Source: Gemmatimonadota bacterium
Lineage (GTDB): Bacteria > Gemmatimonadota > Gemmatimonadetes > Gemmatimonadales > GWC2-71-9
Direction: 5' to 3'
NCBI GenBank assembly: GCA_039588295.1
Contig: JBDHAB010000007.1
Span: 32,001-96,000 of the forward strand
Length of the DNA: 64,000 nt
The notes beneath the pieces are model-generated. The model had not been told where the DNA came from, ran no database searches, and saw only the letters and a list, made by a program, of their open reading frames with translations. How positions within the stretch are numbered: the stretch's first letter is position 1; every line of letters begins with the position of its first letter. Below, piece by piece: positions 1 to 7,872 of this stretch. The position numbers and the translations under genes were made by a program.

Positions 1-1
1 T

Positions 2-340
2 GAAGGACGGCTCATGGAAGTTGGTGTGCCCTCGAAGCAGCGGTCCTGGTCCGAGGTTTCGAACCTCGACCCGGACGTGTTGCTGCTCATGCCATGCGGA
101 TACGGGCTGGCGGCGGCCCGGGCCGACGCGGATGTCCACGTGGATCAGCTCCGGCAGATTGCCCCACGAGCGATCGGTGCGGGTCGGGCGTTCGTCGTGG
201 ATGGGTCGGCGTACTTCAATCGGTCGGGCCCACGCATGGTTGACGGGGTAGAGATTCTCGGTCGCCTACTTCATCCCGACCGGTTTCCCGAGGTAGAATT
301 GGCAGGTCGTGCGCAGGTCTGGGACCCTGCTCCACGCTGA
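2..340 (+). CDS. Periplasmic cobalamin/Fe-siderophore-binding protein (BtuF-like), C-terminal part; truncated by the window edge
   Basis: Open frame from the left edge; DPDVLLLMPCG and VDGSAYFNRSGPRMVDGVEIL motifs typical of this substrate-binding family. Confidence 0.75.
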   Translation, partial: EGRLMEVGVPSKQRSWSEVSNLDPDVLLLMPCGYGLAAARADADVHVDQLRQIAPRAIGAGRAFVVDGSAYFNRSGPRMVDGVEILGRLLHPDRFPEVELAGRAQVWDPAPR

Positions 341-429
341 GCCGACACGCGCCGGCCGTGCAGGGCACGGGTGACGGGAGTACTGTCCCGATCGGTCGGC
401 GTCATTCCCGAGTCGCGAGGTGATACCCC

Positions 430-852
430 ATGCGGTATAGTCCGCTTCTTGTTCAGCCGATGAGGGAAGAACTCACACGGCTGGGGTTCGAGGAACTCAA
501 GACACCTGATGAGGTGGACGCCGCCCTGGACGGTGCCGAGGGTACCGTCCTTCTGGTGGTCAACTCGGTATGCGGTTGCGCGGCCGGGAAGGCCCGCCCT
601 GGCGTTGCCCGTGCGCTGGGCCACCGAACGGTGCCGAACCGTCTGGTGACGGTCTTCGCCGGCATGGAACTCGATGCCACCGAGCGCGCGCGCAGCTACT
701 TCGAAGCGTACGGACCCTCATCGCCCCAGATCGTGCTGTTCAAGTCCGGCCAGCCGGTCCACATGCTGGAGCGAGGCGACATCGAGGGGCGGGAGGCGGT
801 GGAGATTGCCGCCGATCTCACGGCGGCGTTTGACCGTCACTGCGGGCGCTGA
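430..852 (+). CDS. brxA: BrxA/BrxB (YphP/YqiW) family bacilliredoxin
   Basis: LVQPMREELT start, VNSVCGCAAGKARP (CGC motif), TVFAG, PSSPQIVLFK. Confidence 0.9.
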   Translation: MRYSPLLVQPMREELTRLGFEELKTPDEVDAALDGAEGTVLLVVNSVCGCAAGKARPGVARALGHRTVPNRLVTVFAGMELDATERARSYFEAYGPSSPQIVLFKSGQPVHMLERGDIEGREAVEIAADLTAAFDRHCGR

Positions 853-882
853 TCCTCGCATGACGGCGCGGAGTCGCACGTC

Positions 883-1602
883 GTGATCCTGCTCGACCCC
901 TACGCTCGTCCCGTGGTCGGTCACCGCGGTGCCTCGGGAGAGTGTCCCGAAAACACGCTCTTGGCGTTTGACCGCGCGCTCGAGGAGGGTGCGGACGCCT
1001 TGGAGCTGGACGTGCGGGCGTCGGCGGACGGTACGGCGGTCGTGATTCACGATCCAACCGTGGACCGGACGACGAGTGGGGCCGGCCCGGTCAGCGCGCA
1101 CACGCTCGCCGACCTGCGGGCGCTCGATGCGGGGCGGGGTCAGCGGATCCCCACGTTGGACGAGGTGCTCGAACGGTATCCCGATACCCCGCTGATTCTG
1201 GAGATCAAGGAATCGGAGGTGGCCGAAGCCGCCGCGCGGAGCCTCACCCGCCACGGTGCCATTGATCGTGTGCTGGTCGGCTCGTTCCTTCACGCGGCGC
1301 TCCGGCCCTTCCGCGCATCCATCTTTCATCGCTCGGCTTCGCGCCGTGAGACGGCGTCGTGCTGGGCGGCGTCGCGGCTCGGGATCTCGCTGCGGCTTCG
1401 GGCGATCGAGGCGTTCGCCGTTCCCGAACGCCACGGATCGCTCACGGTGGTCGATGATGCCTTCGTGCGATCGGCCCGCCGCCGCGGCCGGCCGGTGCAC
1501 GTCTGGACGGTCAACGAGCCCGGTGAGGCGAAGAGGCTGCGCTCGCTGGGCGTGGCCGGTATCATTACCAACTACCCCGCGCGCATGCGTGGGCTCACCT
1601 GA
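883..1602 (+). CDS. Glycerophosphodiester phosphodiesterase
   Basis: GHRGASGECPENT, ELDV, IHDPTVDRTT, IPTLDEVL, VHVWTVN, GIITNYP. Confidence 0.9.
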   Translation: MILLDPYARPVVGHRGASGECPENTLLAFDRALEEGADALELDVRASADGTAVVIHDPTVDRTTSGAGPVSAHTLADLRALDAGRGQRIPTLDEVLERYPDTPLILEIKESEVAEAAARSLTRHGAIDRVLVGSFLHAALRPFRASIFHRSASRRETASCWAASRLGISLRLRAIEAFAVPERHGSLTVVDDAFVRSARRRGRPVHVWTVNEPGEAKRLRSLGVAGIITNYPARMRGLT

Positions 1603-1617
1603 ACTGATCGAGGGACC

Positions 1618-2913
1618 ATGGGCCGAGTACGCCTCCCACATCACGGAATTCGGGCAAGCGTCGTTGCGGTCATGCTCTGTGCGGCACCCGCAGCAGCGTT
1701 AGCCCAGCAGGGGCCGCGGTGCGCGCCGGACAACGCGGGACTCACCCTTCCACAGGGCTTTTGCGCATTGGTGGTCGCCGACGGGCTGGTTCGGGCCCGC
1801 CACCTTACGGTCGCCCCGAACGGCGACGTGTTTGTTGCTATCGGAGCGAGCCGGCAAGCATCCGGCGGGGTCGTCGCGCTTCGTGATACGACGGGTGACG
1901 GCGTGGCCGACGTGCAGGTGCGGTTCGGGTCGGGTGCGGGAGACGACGTCGAGTTTCGCGGTCGCTATCTCTACTACGCGACCAACAACAGCATACAGCG
2001 CTACCCCTGGCGTCAGGGCAAGCTCGAGCCCGATGGTCCCGCCGAGACCGTCGTGCGCGACCTCCCGGCAGTACGGAGCCACAGGGCCAAGAGCATGGCT
2101 TTCGCCACGGCCGGTGCGCTGTATGTAAACGTCGGTTCGCCGTCGAACGCGTGTCAGGTTGATGATCGCACCGCAGGAGCTCGGGGCAAAGATCCGTGCG
2201 ACGAGCTCGGGACGCGCGCGGGTATCTGGTTGTTCGACGCCGATCGGCTGGATCAGCGGCAGGCCGATGGCCGCCGGTACTCAACCGGCTTGCGCAACAC
2301 GGTGGCGCTCGCCACGCGCCCGCAGGACGGAATGCTCTACGGTGTGGTCCATGGCCGCGATCAACTCTCCGGACTTTGGCCCGATCGCTTCACAGACGCT
2401 CAGAGTGCCGAGAAGCCCGCCGAGGAGTTCGTGCGGATTCGTGAGGGCGACGATTTCGGGTGGCCGTATTGCTACTATGATCCCGAAACTCGGGAGAAGG
2501 TCCTGGCACCGGAATACGGTGGTGACGGCAAGATCGTGGGGCGATGTGAGGGAAAGTCGGACCCGTTGATTGGGTTCCCGGCCCACTGGGCGCCAAACGG
2601 GCTCCACTTCTACTCGGGCCCGCAGTTTCCGGAGCGCTTCCTGGGCGGGGCCTTTATTGCGTTCCATGGTTCGTGGAACCGCGCGCCGCTCCCACAGGGT
2701 GGTTACAAAGTTGTGTTTGTGCCATTCGCCGATGACGAGCCGAGTGGCGAGTGGGAGGTTTTTGCCGACGGGTTCGCCGGGGCCGACGTGAGCCCACGCG
2801 GTGCGGCACACCGCCCCGTGGGAATCGCCGAAGGACCGGACGGCTCGCTGTACGTGAGTGATGACGGCGGCGGGCGGATCTATCGCATTCTCGCTGTACC
2901 TCAAAGCCGCTGA
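1618..2913 (+). CDS. Secreted PQQ-dependent sugar/L-sorbosone dehydrogenase-family beta-propeller
   Basis: Signal peptide; GLRN, DFGWPYCY, AHWAPNG, FHGSWNR, RPVGIAEGPDGSLYVSDD. Confidence 0.8.
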   Translation: MGRVRLPHHGIRASVVAVMLCAAPAAALAQQGPRCAPDNAGLTLPQGFCALVVADGLVRARHLTVAPNGDVFVAIGASRQASGGVVALRDTTGDGVADVQVRFGSGAGDDVEFRGRYLYYATNNSIQRYPWRQGKLEPDGPAETVVRDLPAVRSHRAKSMAFATAGALYVNVGSPSNACQVDDRTAGARGKDPCDELGTRAGIWLFDADRLDQRQADGRRYSTGLRNTVALATRPQDGMLYGVVHGRDQLSGLWPDRFTDAQSAEKPAEEFVRIREGDDFGWPYCYYDPETREKVLAPEYGGDGKIVGRCEGKSDPLIGFPAHWAPNGLHFYSGPQFPERFLGGAFIAFHGSWNRAPLPQGGYKVVFVPFADDEPSGEWEVFADGFAGADVSPRGAAHRPVGIAEGPDGSLYVSDDGGGRIYRILAVPQSR

Positions 2914-2922
2914 GGAGGGGAT

Positions 2923-3738
2923 ACGGAACTCCAGGACCTCGTCTTACTGGGAGTGATGGTGGTCGCCGTGGCGGCCCTCGTCGCTGTGCGCCGAGCGTTG
3001 CGCGCTCTGCCGATAGATCGTCTGGAACAACTGGCGCAAAAGGCCGAGCAGGTCATCGAGTCCAGCGGCCCGACCTCGGAGCTGGTGACCGCGTGGGCGC
3101 AGTTCGTACGCGATCACGTTACCGACGCCGTGAACGGTCTGAACAACCGTCTGAACGCGATTCACCATTGGTCGAGAGGGCTGCAGAGCGGCAAGTTGAA
3201 CGAGGAGCAGCAGAACGCGGTGGAGCGGATCGGGACGGAAGTCGAGCGGGCGACGAACATCACCAGTTCCCTGGTTCACCGAGTAACCGCGGATGCGCCG
3301 AATATCCCGCCTCCAGCCTGGCACGTTCTGCATGGCGAGGTGCCGAAACCGTCGAGCGTGCTCGTCGTGGACTCCGACGACAGCAACCGCGCGGTCGTCA
3401 CGATGCTGCTGCGGGGGCTGGGGCACGACGTGACACCGGTCGCGAATGGGCGGGAAGCGTGGGACTTTCTCGCGAGGCGGTCGGTCGACTGTATCCTGTG
3501 TGACGTACGGATGCCGGCCCTCGGCGGGCGAACGCTGTATGAGCAGGTCGAAGAGCAGATGCCACAACTTGCCAGGCGCTTCGTGTTCGTGACCGGTGAT
3601 TTCGCGCGACCGGAATCGTACGAGTTCTTGTTGCAGTCTGGACAACCGGTGGTGGGAAAGCCCTACGAGCTGGACACGCTGCTGTCTGCCATCGCTGCGG
3701 TCCTCTCCACCATGGGATCCGTTAGGCGCGACTCTTAG
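2923..3738 (+). CDS. Membrane-anchored response regulator with degenerate HisKA-like segment (start uncertain: ACG 2923 or GTG 2953)
   Basis: N-terminal hydrophobic helix; VNGLNNRLNAI pseudo H-box; C-terminal REC (VLVVDSD, CDVRMP, FVTG, KP). Confidence 0.7.
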   Translation, partial: TELQDLVLLGVMVVAVAALVAVRRALRALPIDRLEQLAQKAEQVIESSGPTSELVTAWAQFVRDHVTDAVNGLNNRLNAIHHWSRGLQSGKLNEEQQNAVERIGTEVERATNITSSLVHRVTADAPNIPPPAWHVLHGEVPKPSSVLVVDSDDSNRAVVTMLLRGLGHDVTPVANGREAWDFLARRSVDCILCDVRMPALGGRTLYEQVEEQMPQLARRFVFVTGDFARPESYEFLLQSGQPVVGKPYELDTLLSAIAAVLSTMGSVRRDS

Positions 3739-3784
3739 CTACACAGTGGTTGAATGCGGCTGAGGGAGCTGCCGGACGTTCTGA

Positions 3785-4903
3785 TCAATCCATGAACACC
3801 CGGGTGACTGCGCGCCGCAATTCCCCCAGCGCGGCCCGTAACTCCGATTGTTCGTTGCCGTAGCCCAAGCGCAAGTGATGCGGCAGCCCGAAATGGTCCC
3901 CGGGGACGACGAGGATATCGTGCTCGGCACGGATCCGTTCCACGACCTCGAGTGCACCGAGAGGACTACGGTACCGGACGAGGCAAATGGCGCCGCACTC
4001 CGGTGTGTGCCAGTCGAATAGATCGCCAAAACCGGCGAGCCATTCTTCGAGCAACGGGAGGTTCTCATTGAGGATCGACCGAGTGCGATCGAGGATGCGT
4101 GTCCGTGCGCGAACGGCGAGCGTCGCCAGGTGGTCGGTTCCTGGACTGGGCCCGATCACCGTGTAGTCATGGCGCTGGAGCACCCGCTGCTTGAACTCGG
4201 GGGACGACACGATCCAGCCGATCCGCAGGCCTGGCAGACCGTAGGCCTTCGACAGGCCGTTCACGATGATCACTCGGTCGCCGGCTCCCCAGTGGGATCG
4301 GCTCTCTCGGCCGTCGAGTTCCGCGCCCTGATACACCTCGTCCGCCAACAGCCAGGCGCCAACGTCGCGTGTCCTGGTGACGATCGCCTCGCGCGCCGTA
4401 TCCGAGAGCACATGTCCGGTCGGATTGTTGGGATTTGTGACCACGACCAGCTTCGTCCCGGGACTGATGGCGCGCTCGACCTGATTGGGATCGGGCTCCC
4501 ACCCGAGCTGGGGTCGCAGCGGAATCTCCGAGACGGTCGCGCCGAAGTTCCGGACGAGACCATGCGTCTGCATGTACGTCGGTGTGACCACGGCAACATG
4601 GTCGCCCGGCTGCACCAGCGTCCAACATGTGATGAAGTTCGCCTCGGAGCTGCCAATGGTGACGGTCACGTCGTCAGGGCTGGCTCCCGCATAGAGGTCG
4701 GCGATGGCGCTCCGTAACTCGGTCGAGCCGTCGGAGTAGTTGTAGCCCATGGGCACCGCCATGAGCTCCGTGGTGCTGCCACCCGACAGGTTCACGAGCT
4801 CGGCGATGGACAACGGGTGCACGCCGCTTTCCGAGAGATTGAAGCGGACGCGCTTCTCCCAGGTGCTTTGCCACCGTTCGAGATCGAATGGGATGAACGT
4901 CAT
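3785..4903 (-). CDS. PLP-dependent aminotransferase class I/II
   Basis: TNPNNPTG, ADEVY, GLSKAYGLPGLRIGW. Confidence 0.9.
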   Translation of the reverse strand: MTFIPFDLERWQSTWEKRVRFNLSESGVHPLSIAELVNLSGGSTTELMAVPMGYNYSDGSTELRSAIADLYAGASPDDVTVTIGSSEANFITCWTLVQPGDHVAVVTPTYMQTHGLVRNFGATVSEIPLRPQLGWEPDPNQVERAISPGTKLVVVTNPNNPTGHVLSDTAREAIVTRTRDVGAWLLADEVYQGAELDGRESRSHWGAGDRVIIVNGLSKAYGLPGLRIGWIVSSPEFKQRVLQRHDYTVIGPSPGTDHLATLAVRARTRILDRTRSILNENLPLLEEWLAGFGDLFDWHTPECGAICLVRYRSPLGALEVVERIRAEHDILVVPGDHFGLPHHLRLGYGNEQSELRAALGELRRAVTRVFMD

Positions 4904-4910
4904 CACAGAG

Positions 4911-4916
4911 AAGATA
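4911..4916 (-). promoter_or_regulatory. Putative -10 element (TATCTT) 7 nt before ATG; leaderless promoter
   Basis: Minus strand reads TATCTT-ctctgtg-ATG(4903); no SD. Confidence 0.45.
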
Positions 4917-4920
4917 TACG

Positions 4921-4957
4921 ACTGCCTCCCCCGGGGAATCCGACCGGGGGAGGCAGT
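4921..4957. terminator. Perfect 14-bp hairpin downstream of the DUF4097 gene
   Basis: ACTGCCTCCCCCGG (4921-4934) / CCGGGGGAGGCAGT (4944-4957), 9-nt loop; only a weak pyrimidine tail on the minus strand. Confidence 0.55.
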
Positions 4958-4982
4958 GCCGGCAGCATCGTGGCGTTGGCTG

Positions 4983-6053
4983 CTAGCCTTTGATGATCGT
5001 CACGTCACCGGAGCCGGTGTCGACGAGCAGCCTGGCCCCGCCATTGCCGATGACGCCCGTAACGTGTGTGCGGTCCCACTGTCGCATTTGCACCGGGAAA
5101 TCGACTTGGATGCCGCCGCTGCCCGTGTCGATCTCGAGCTCGGCTTCAAAGGTCTCCGGGACGGTCAGCGTTACGTCACCGGACCCCGTATCGATCTCGA
5201 TGTCTCGCGGGTCGCCGGTCAACACGAGGTCCACAGACCCGCTCCCGGTGTCGATGACAACGTCGCGGGCCGTTGCGCCGTCCACGTCCACATCACCCGA
5301 ACCGGTATCGATCTCCAGCGTCGCCACCGAAACGTTGTCGGCCGTCACCTCACCGGAGCCGGTATCGATGCGCAGCAGGTCGCCTCTGACTCCGTGGACA
5401 TCGACTTCTCCCGAACCGGTGTCGATATCGACGTCGCCTTCGGCGTCGCTCACGTCGACCTCGCCGGACCCGACGTCGATCACGAGCCGGCCGCTGGTTC
5501 CGGCTGTCGTGACCGGCGCGCTGTGCGTGTCGAGCCGCAGATCGCCGTTCACGTTCGACACCGACACCTCGCCGACGGCGAGGTACATCGCAAACGACTT
5601 GCCGGCTGGGACTCGCACCCGCAGGTCCGCAAATGCCTCGAGACCGTCGCCCGATCCCGAGATCCGGATGCGACGCCCCGCTTCGCGTCGTCTGCGGTCG
5701 TACTCGTCGCTGAAGGTTCCGTCGTCCCGCACTCGCAGCTCGGTGGAGCCATGGTCGTAGTCGCCGAACACGATGCGGTCACCCGGATAGACCACGCGAA
5801 GGGTCATCCAGTCACCGATCGGCCCCCGTTCGATCTGGAGCTGCTCGGCGTCGGGCCCACCGCGCCGGACCTCCACGACGACGTTCGACCCGCTGCCGGG
5901 CTCCACGGTCACGTCGCCGGCGAGGTTGTAGACCGCAACCCGACTCCCCGAGAGCTGGTACTGGTCTTGCTGCTGCAGTGGCTCACCGGGCCGGTGCAGG
6001 GTCCATGCCCCGCCGACCGCGATCATCGCAGCGAGCGCCAAGCTGGTTCTCAT
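4983..6053 (-). CDS. DUF4097-family beta-strand repeat (beta-solenoid) exported protein
   Basis: Signal peptide MRTSLALAA after GGAGAGAG SD; many (I/V)DTGSG(D/E)V repeats about 20 aa apart. Confidence 0.85.
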   Translation of the reverse strand: MRTSLALAAMIAVGGAWTLHRPGEPLQQQDQYQLSGSRVAVYNLAGDVTVEPGSGSNVVVEVRRGGPDAEQLQIERGPIGDWMTLRVVYPGDRIVFGDYDHGSTELRVRDDGTFSDEYDRRRREAGRRIRISGSGDGLEAFADLRVRVPAGKSFAMYLAVGEVSVSNVNGDLRLDTHSAPVTTAGTSGRLVIDVGSGEVDVSDAEGDVDIDTGSGEVDVHGVRGDLLRIDTGSGEVTADNVSVATLEIDTGSGDVDVDGATARDVVIDTGSGSVDLVLTGDPRDIEIDTGSGDVTLTVPETFEAELEIDTGSGGIQVDFPVQMRQWDRTHVTGVIGNGGARLLVDTGSGDVTIIKG

Positions 6054-6191
6054 TTGCTCTCTCCGTAAGTGAAATGGCTTGCCGTGATGCCGAGCGGTTA
6101 GATACCGAACCCTACGGAAACGTTGAAACACCCGTTTCAGACGCCGGCGGTCGACCTGCCACGGCCGCGGTGGCCCCGGGGGGCGGCGCTG

Positions 6192-7136
6192 TCAGGGCGT
6201 CGCGGGGGGGATGGTGTGGGGGAGCGCGCCGGCCGCCGGTCTGCCTTCGACACGGTTGTCGTAGTAGCGGAGCGTCGGGTAGGCGAAGTCGATGTCGTCG
6301 CACTGGCTGAACGCTTCCAACACGTCCTCCCAGATCGCTTCCGACGAGCTCCGACGCTTTCGTGGCTCGCACAGGTACCGAATGGTGAGCAGGACACCGC
6401 TGTCGGCGACGCTGGTGTACACGATGGGGGTGAGGGCCGCATAGAAGATCATGAAGCGACGCGCGGTCTCCTTGATCCGCTGCTCGGCCGGCTTGGTGAG
6501 ATGCGCGGCATGCTTTTGCGCGATGGTGCCCATCAGCTCCTTTGCACGACGCCAATTGCTCTCGAACGTGACCAGCACCGGCAACTCGTTCCAGATATGC
6601 TGGAATCCCTTGCTGTAGTTCGCGAGGACCTCGGTGAGCACCGAGCCGTTGGGCACGTGAATCACGCGGCCGGTGCTTTGGTCGGCATCCACCCAGTTGC
6701 CGATCTCGAGCAGCGAGAACTGAAAGATCCGGATATCGATCACATCGCCGGCATGCGGACCGATCTGGATGCGATCGCCGACCTCGAACGGGCGGCGCCA
6801 GAGAATGAATGCCCACCCTGCCAAGTTGACGAGCAGATCCTTGAGCGCGATCGCAATACCAGCGGAAACCAGGCCGAGGAACGTCGCAATCGGACCGATG
6901 CCCTCGAACCAGAAGCGGCCGACGATCAGGATCCCGACCGGCACGACGATGTACGAGGTGGTCTTCTGCCAGCGGTAGCGAGCCCGCACGTCCTCCACTC
7001 GGCGCCAGACGATCGCCAAGACGATGCGGCGCAGCGCCCAGAGTACGAGAATCGCGACGAGGGACTGGGTAATCCGGTCCATGGTCGGGTCGCTTATCCC
7101 GAGCGTTTCCTGGAGCCAACCGATTCTTCGATCCAA
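6192..7136 (-). CDS. mscS: Small-conductance mechanosensitive channel (MscS family); start uncertain (TTG 7136 or ATG 7082)
   Basis: TM helices, GIAIALKDLLVNLAG, RPFEVGDRIQIG, GDVIDIRIF, IHVPN, FAYPT. Confidence 0.85.
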   Translation of the reverse strand: MDRRIGWLQETLGISDPTMDRITQSLVAILVLWALRRIVLAIVWRRVEDVRARYRWQKTTSYIVVPVGILIVGRFWFEGIGPIATFLGLVSAGIAIALKDLLVNLAGWAFILWRRPFEVGDRIQIGPHAGDVIDIRIFQFSLLEIGNWVDADQSTGRVIHVPNGSVLTEVLANYSKGFQHIWNELPVLVTFESNWRRAKELMGTIAQKHAAHLTKPAEQRIKETARRFMIFYAALTPIVYTSVADSGVLLTIRYLCEPRKRRSSSEAIWEDVLEAFSQCDDIDFAYPTLRYYDNRVEGRPAAGALPHTIPPATP

Positions 7137-7741
7137 TGGTCCGGCGCATGCGGTTCCAGGATTTGGCGCGAAAAGGGTCCCCAGAGCACGGCGGCGGTCG
7201 CGACGCCCGCGGCCCGCCCTGCCGTGAGATCGTGGGGGGAGTCTCCGACGAACACGGTGTGCGTCGGATCGGCGTCCATCAAGGTGAGTGCCCGGGTCAC
7301 GGGCTCGGGGTCGGGCTTGTGACGCTGCACGTCGTCGGCGCACACGAGGGTCGCGAACAACCCATCGTAGCCACAATGCGTGAGTCCGCGCAGAGTGGCG
7401 GCGCGTGTCTTGCTCGTGACGATGCCCAGCGGTACGTCCCGCCGGCTCAGCTCCCGCACCGACTCCAACACACCAGGGTACTCGCGCACGAGAGCATCGT
7501 GATGGGCGAGATTGTGCTCGCGGTACGTCTGCACCATCGCGGCGATCTCCTCCCGGTCCTCGGTGAACTTGCGGAACTGTGTCCAGAGGGGCGTCCCCAG
7601 GCCGGCCAACCAGACGTCGTCGGGCGGGGTGGTGCCGCGATGCACCTCGAGGGTATGGCGATAGGAGCGGAGGATGAGCTCGACGGAATCGATCAGCGTG
7701 CCGTCGAGATCGAAGAGGACCGTAGTGGCGTCGCGTCGCAT
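7094..7741 (-). CDS. HAD-IA hydrolase (PpaX pyrophosphatase-like)
   Basis: LFDLDGTLIDS, IVTSK, HKPDPEP, VGDSPHD. Confidence 0.85.
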   Translation of the reverse strand: MRRDATTVLFDLDGTLIDSVELILRSYRHTLEVHRGTTPPDDVWLAGLGTPLWTQFRKFTEDREEIAAMVQTYREHNLAHHDALVREYPGVLESVRELSRRDVPLGIVTSKTRAATLRGLTHCGYDGLFATLVCADDVQRHKPDPEPVTRALTLMDADPTHTVFVGDSPHDLTAGRAAGVATAAVLWGPFSRQILEPHAPDHWIEESVGSRKRSG

Positions 7742-7748
7742 GGGCGGC

Positions 7749-7754
7749 AATATA
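7749..7754 (-). promoter_or_regulatory. Putative -10 element (TATATT) 7 nt before ATG; leaderless promoter
   Basis: Minus strand reads TATATT-gccgccc-ATG(7741). Confidence 0.5.
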
Positions 7755-7872
7755 ACCACCGCCTTCCGGTCGCCGCCCGGCGCGCCCCCCCCCGCACGGG
7801 ACGCCCTCCTCTGCTATCTTAAGTGCTTGGCCACTACCTGCTCACGAGTCCCTGGGGTCTTGAGAGATTGTC

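Noticed and set aside
4983..5560. Periodic DNA repeats (gacaccggctccgg-like; accaacggtgg at 59110-59470) as possible CRISPR or VNTR
   Set aside because: They encode the DTGSG/TTNGG turns of DUF4097 beta-solenoids; degenerate at third positions, no spacers, no cas genes
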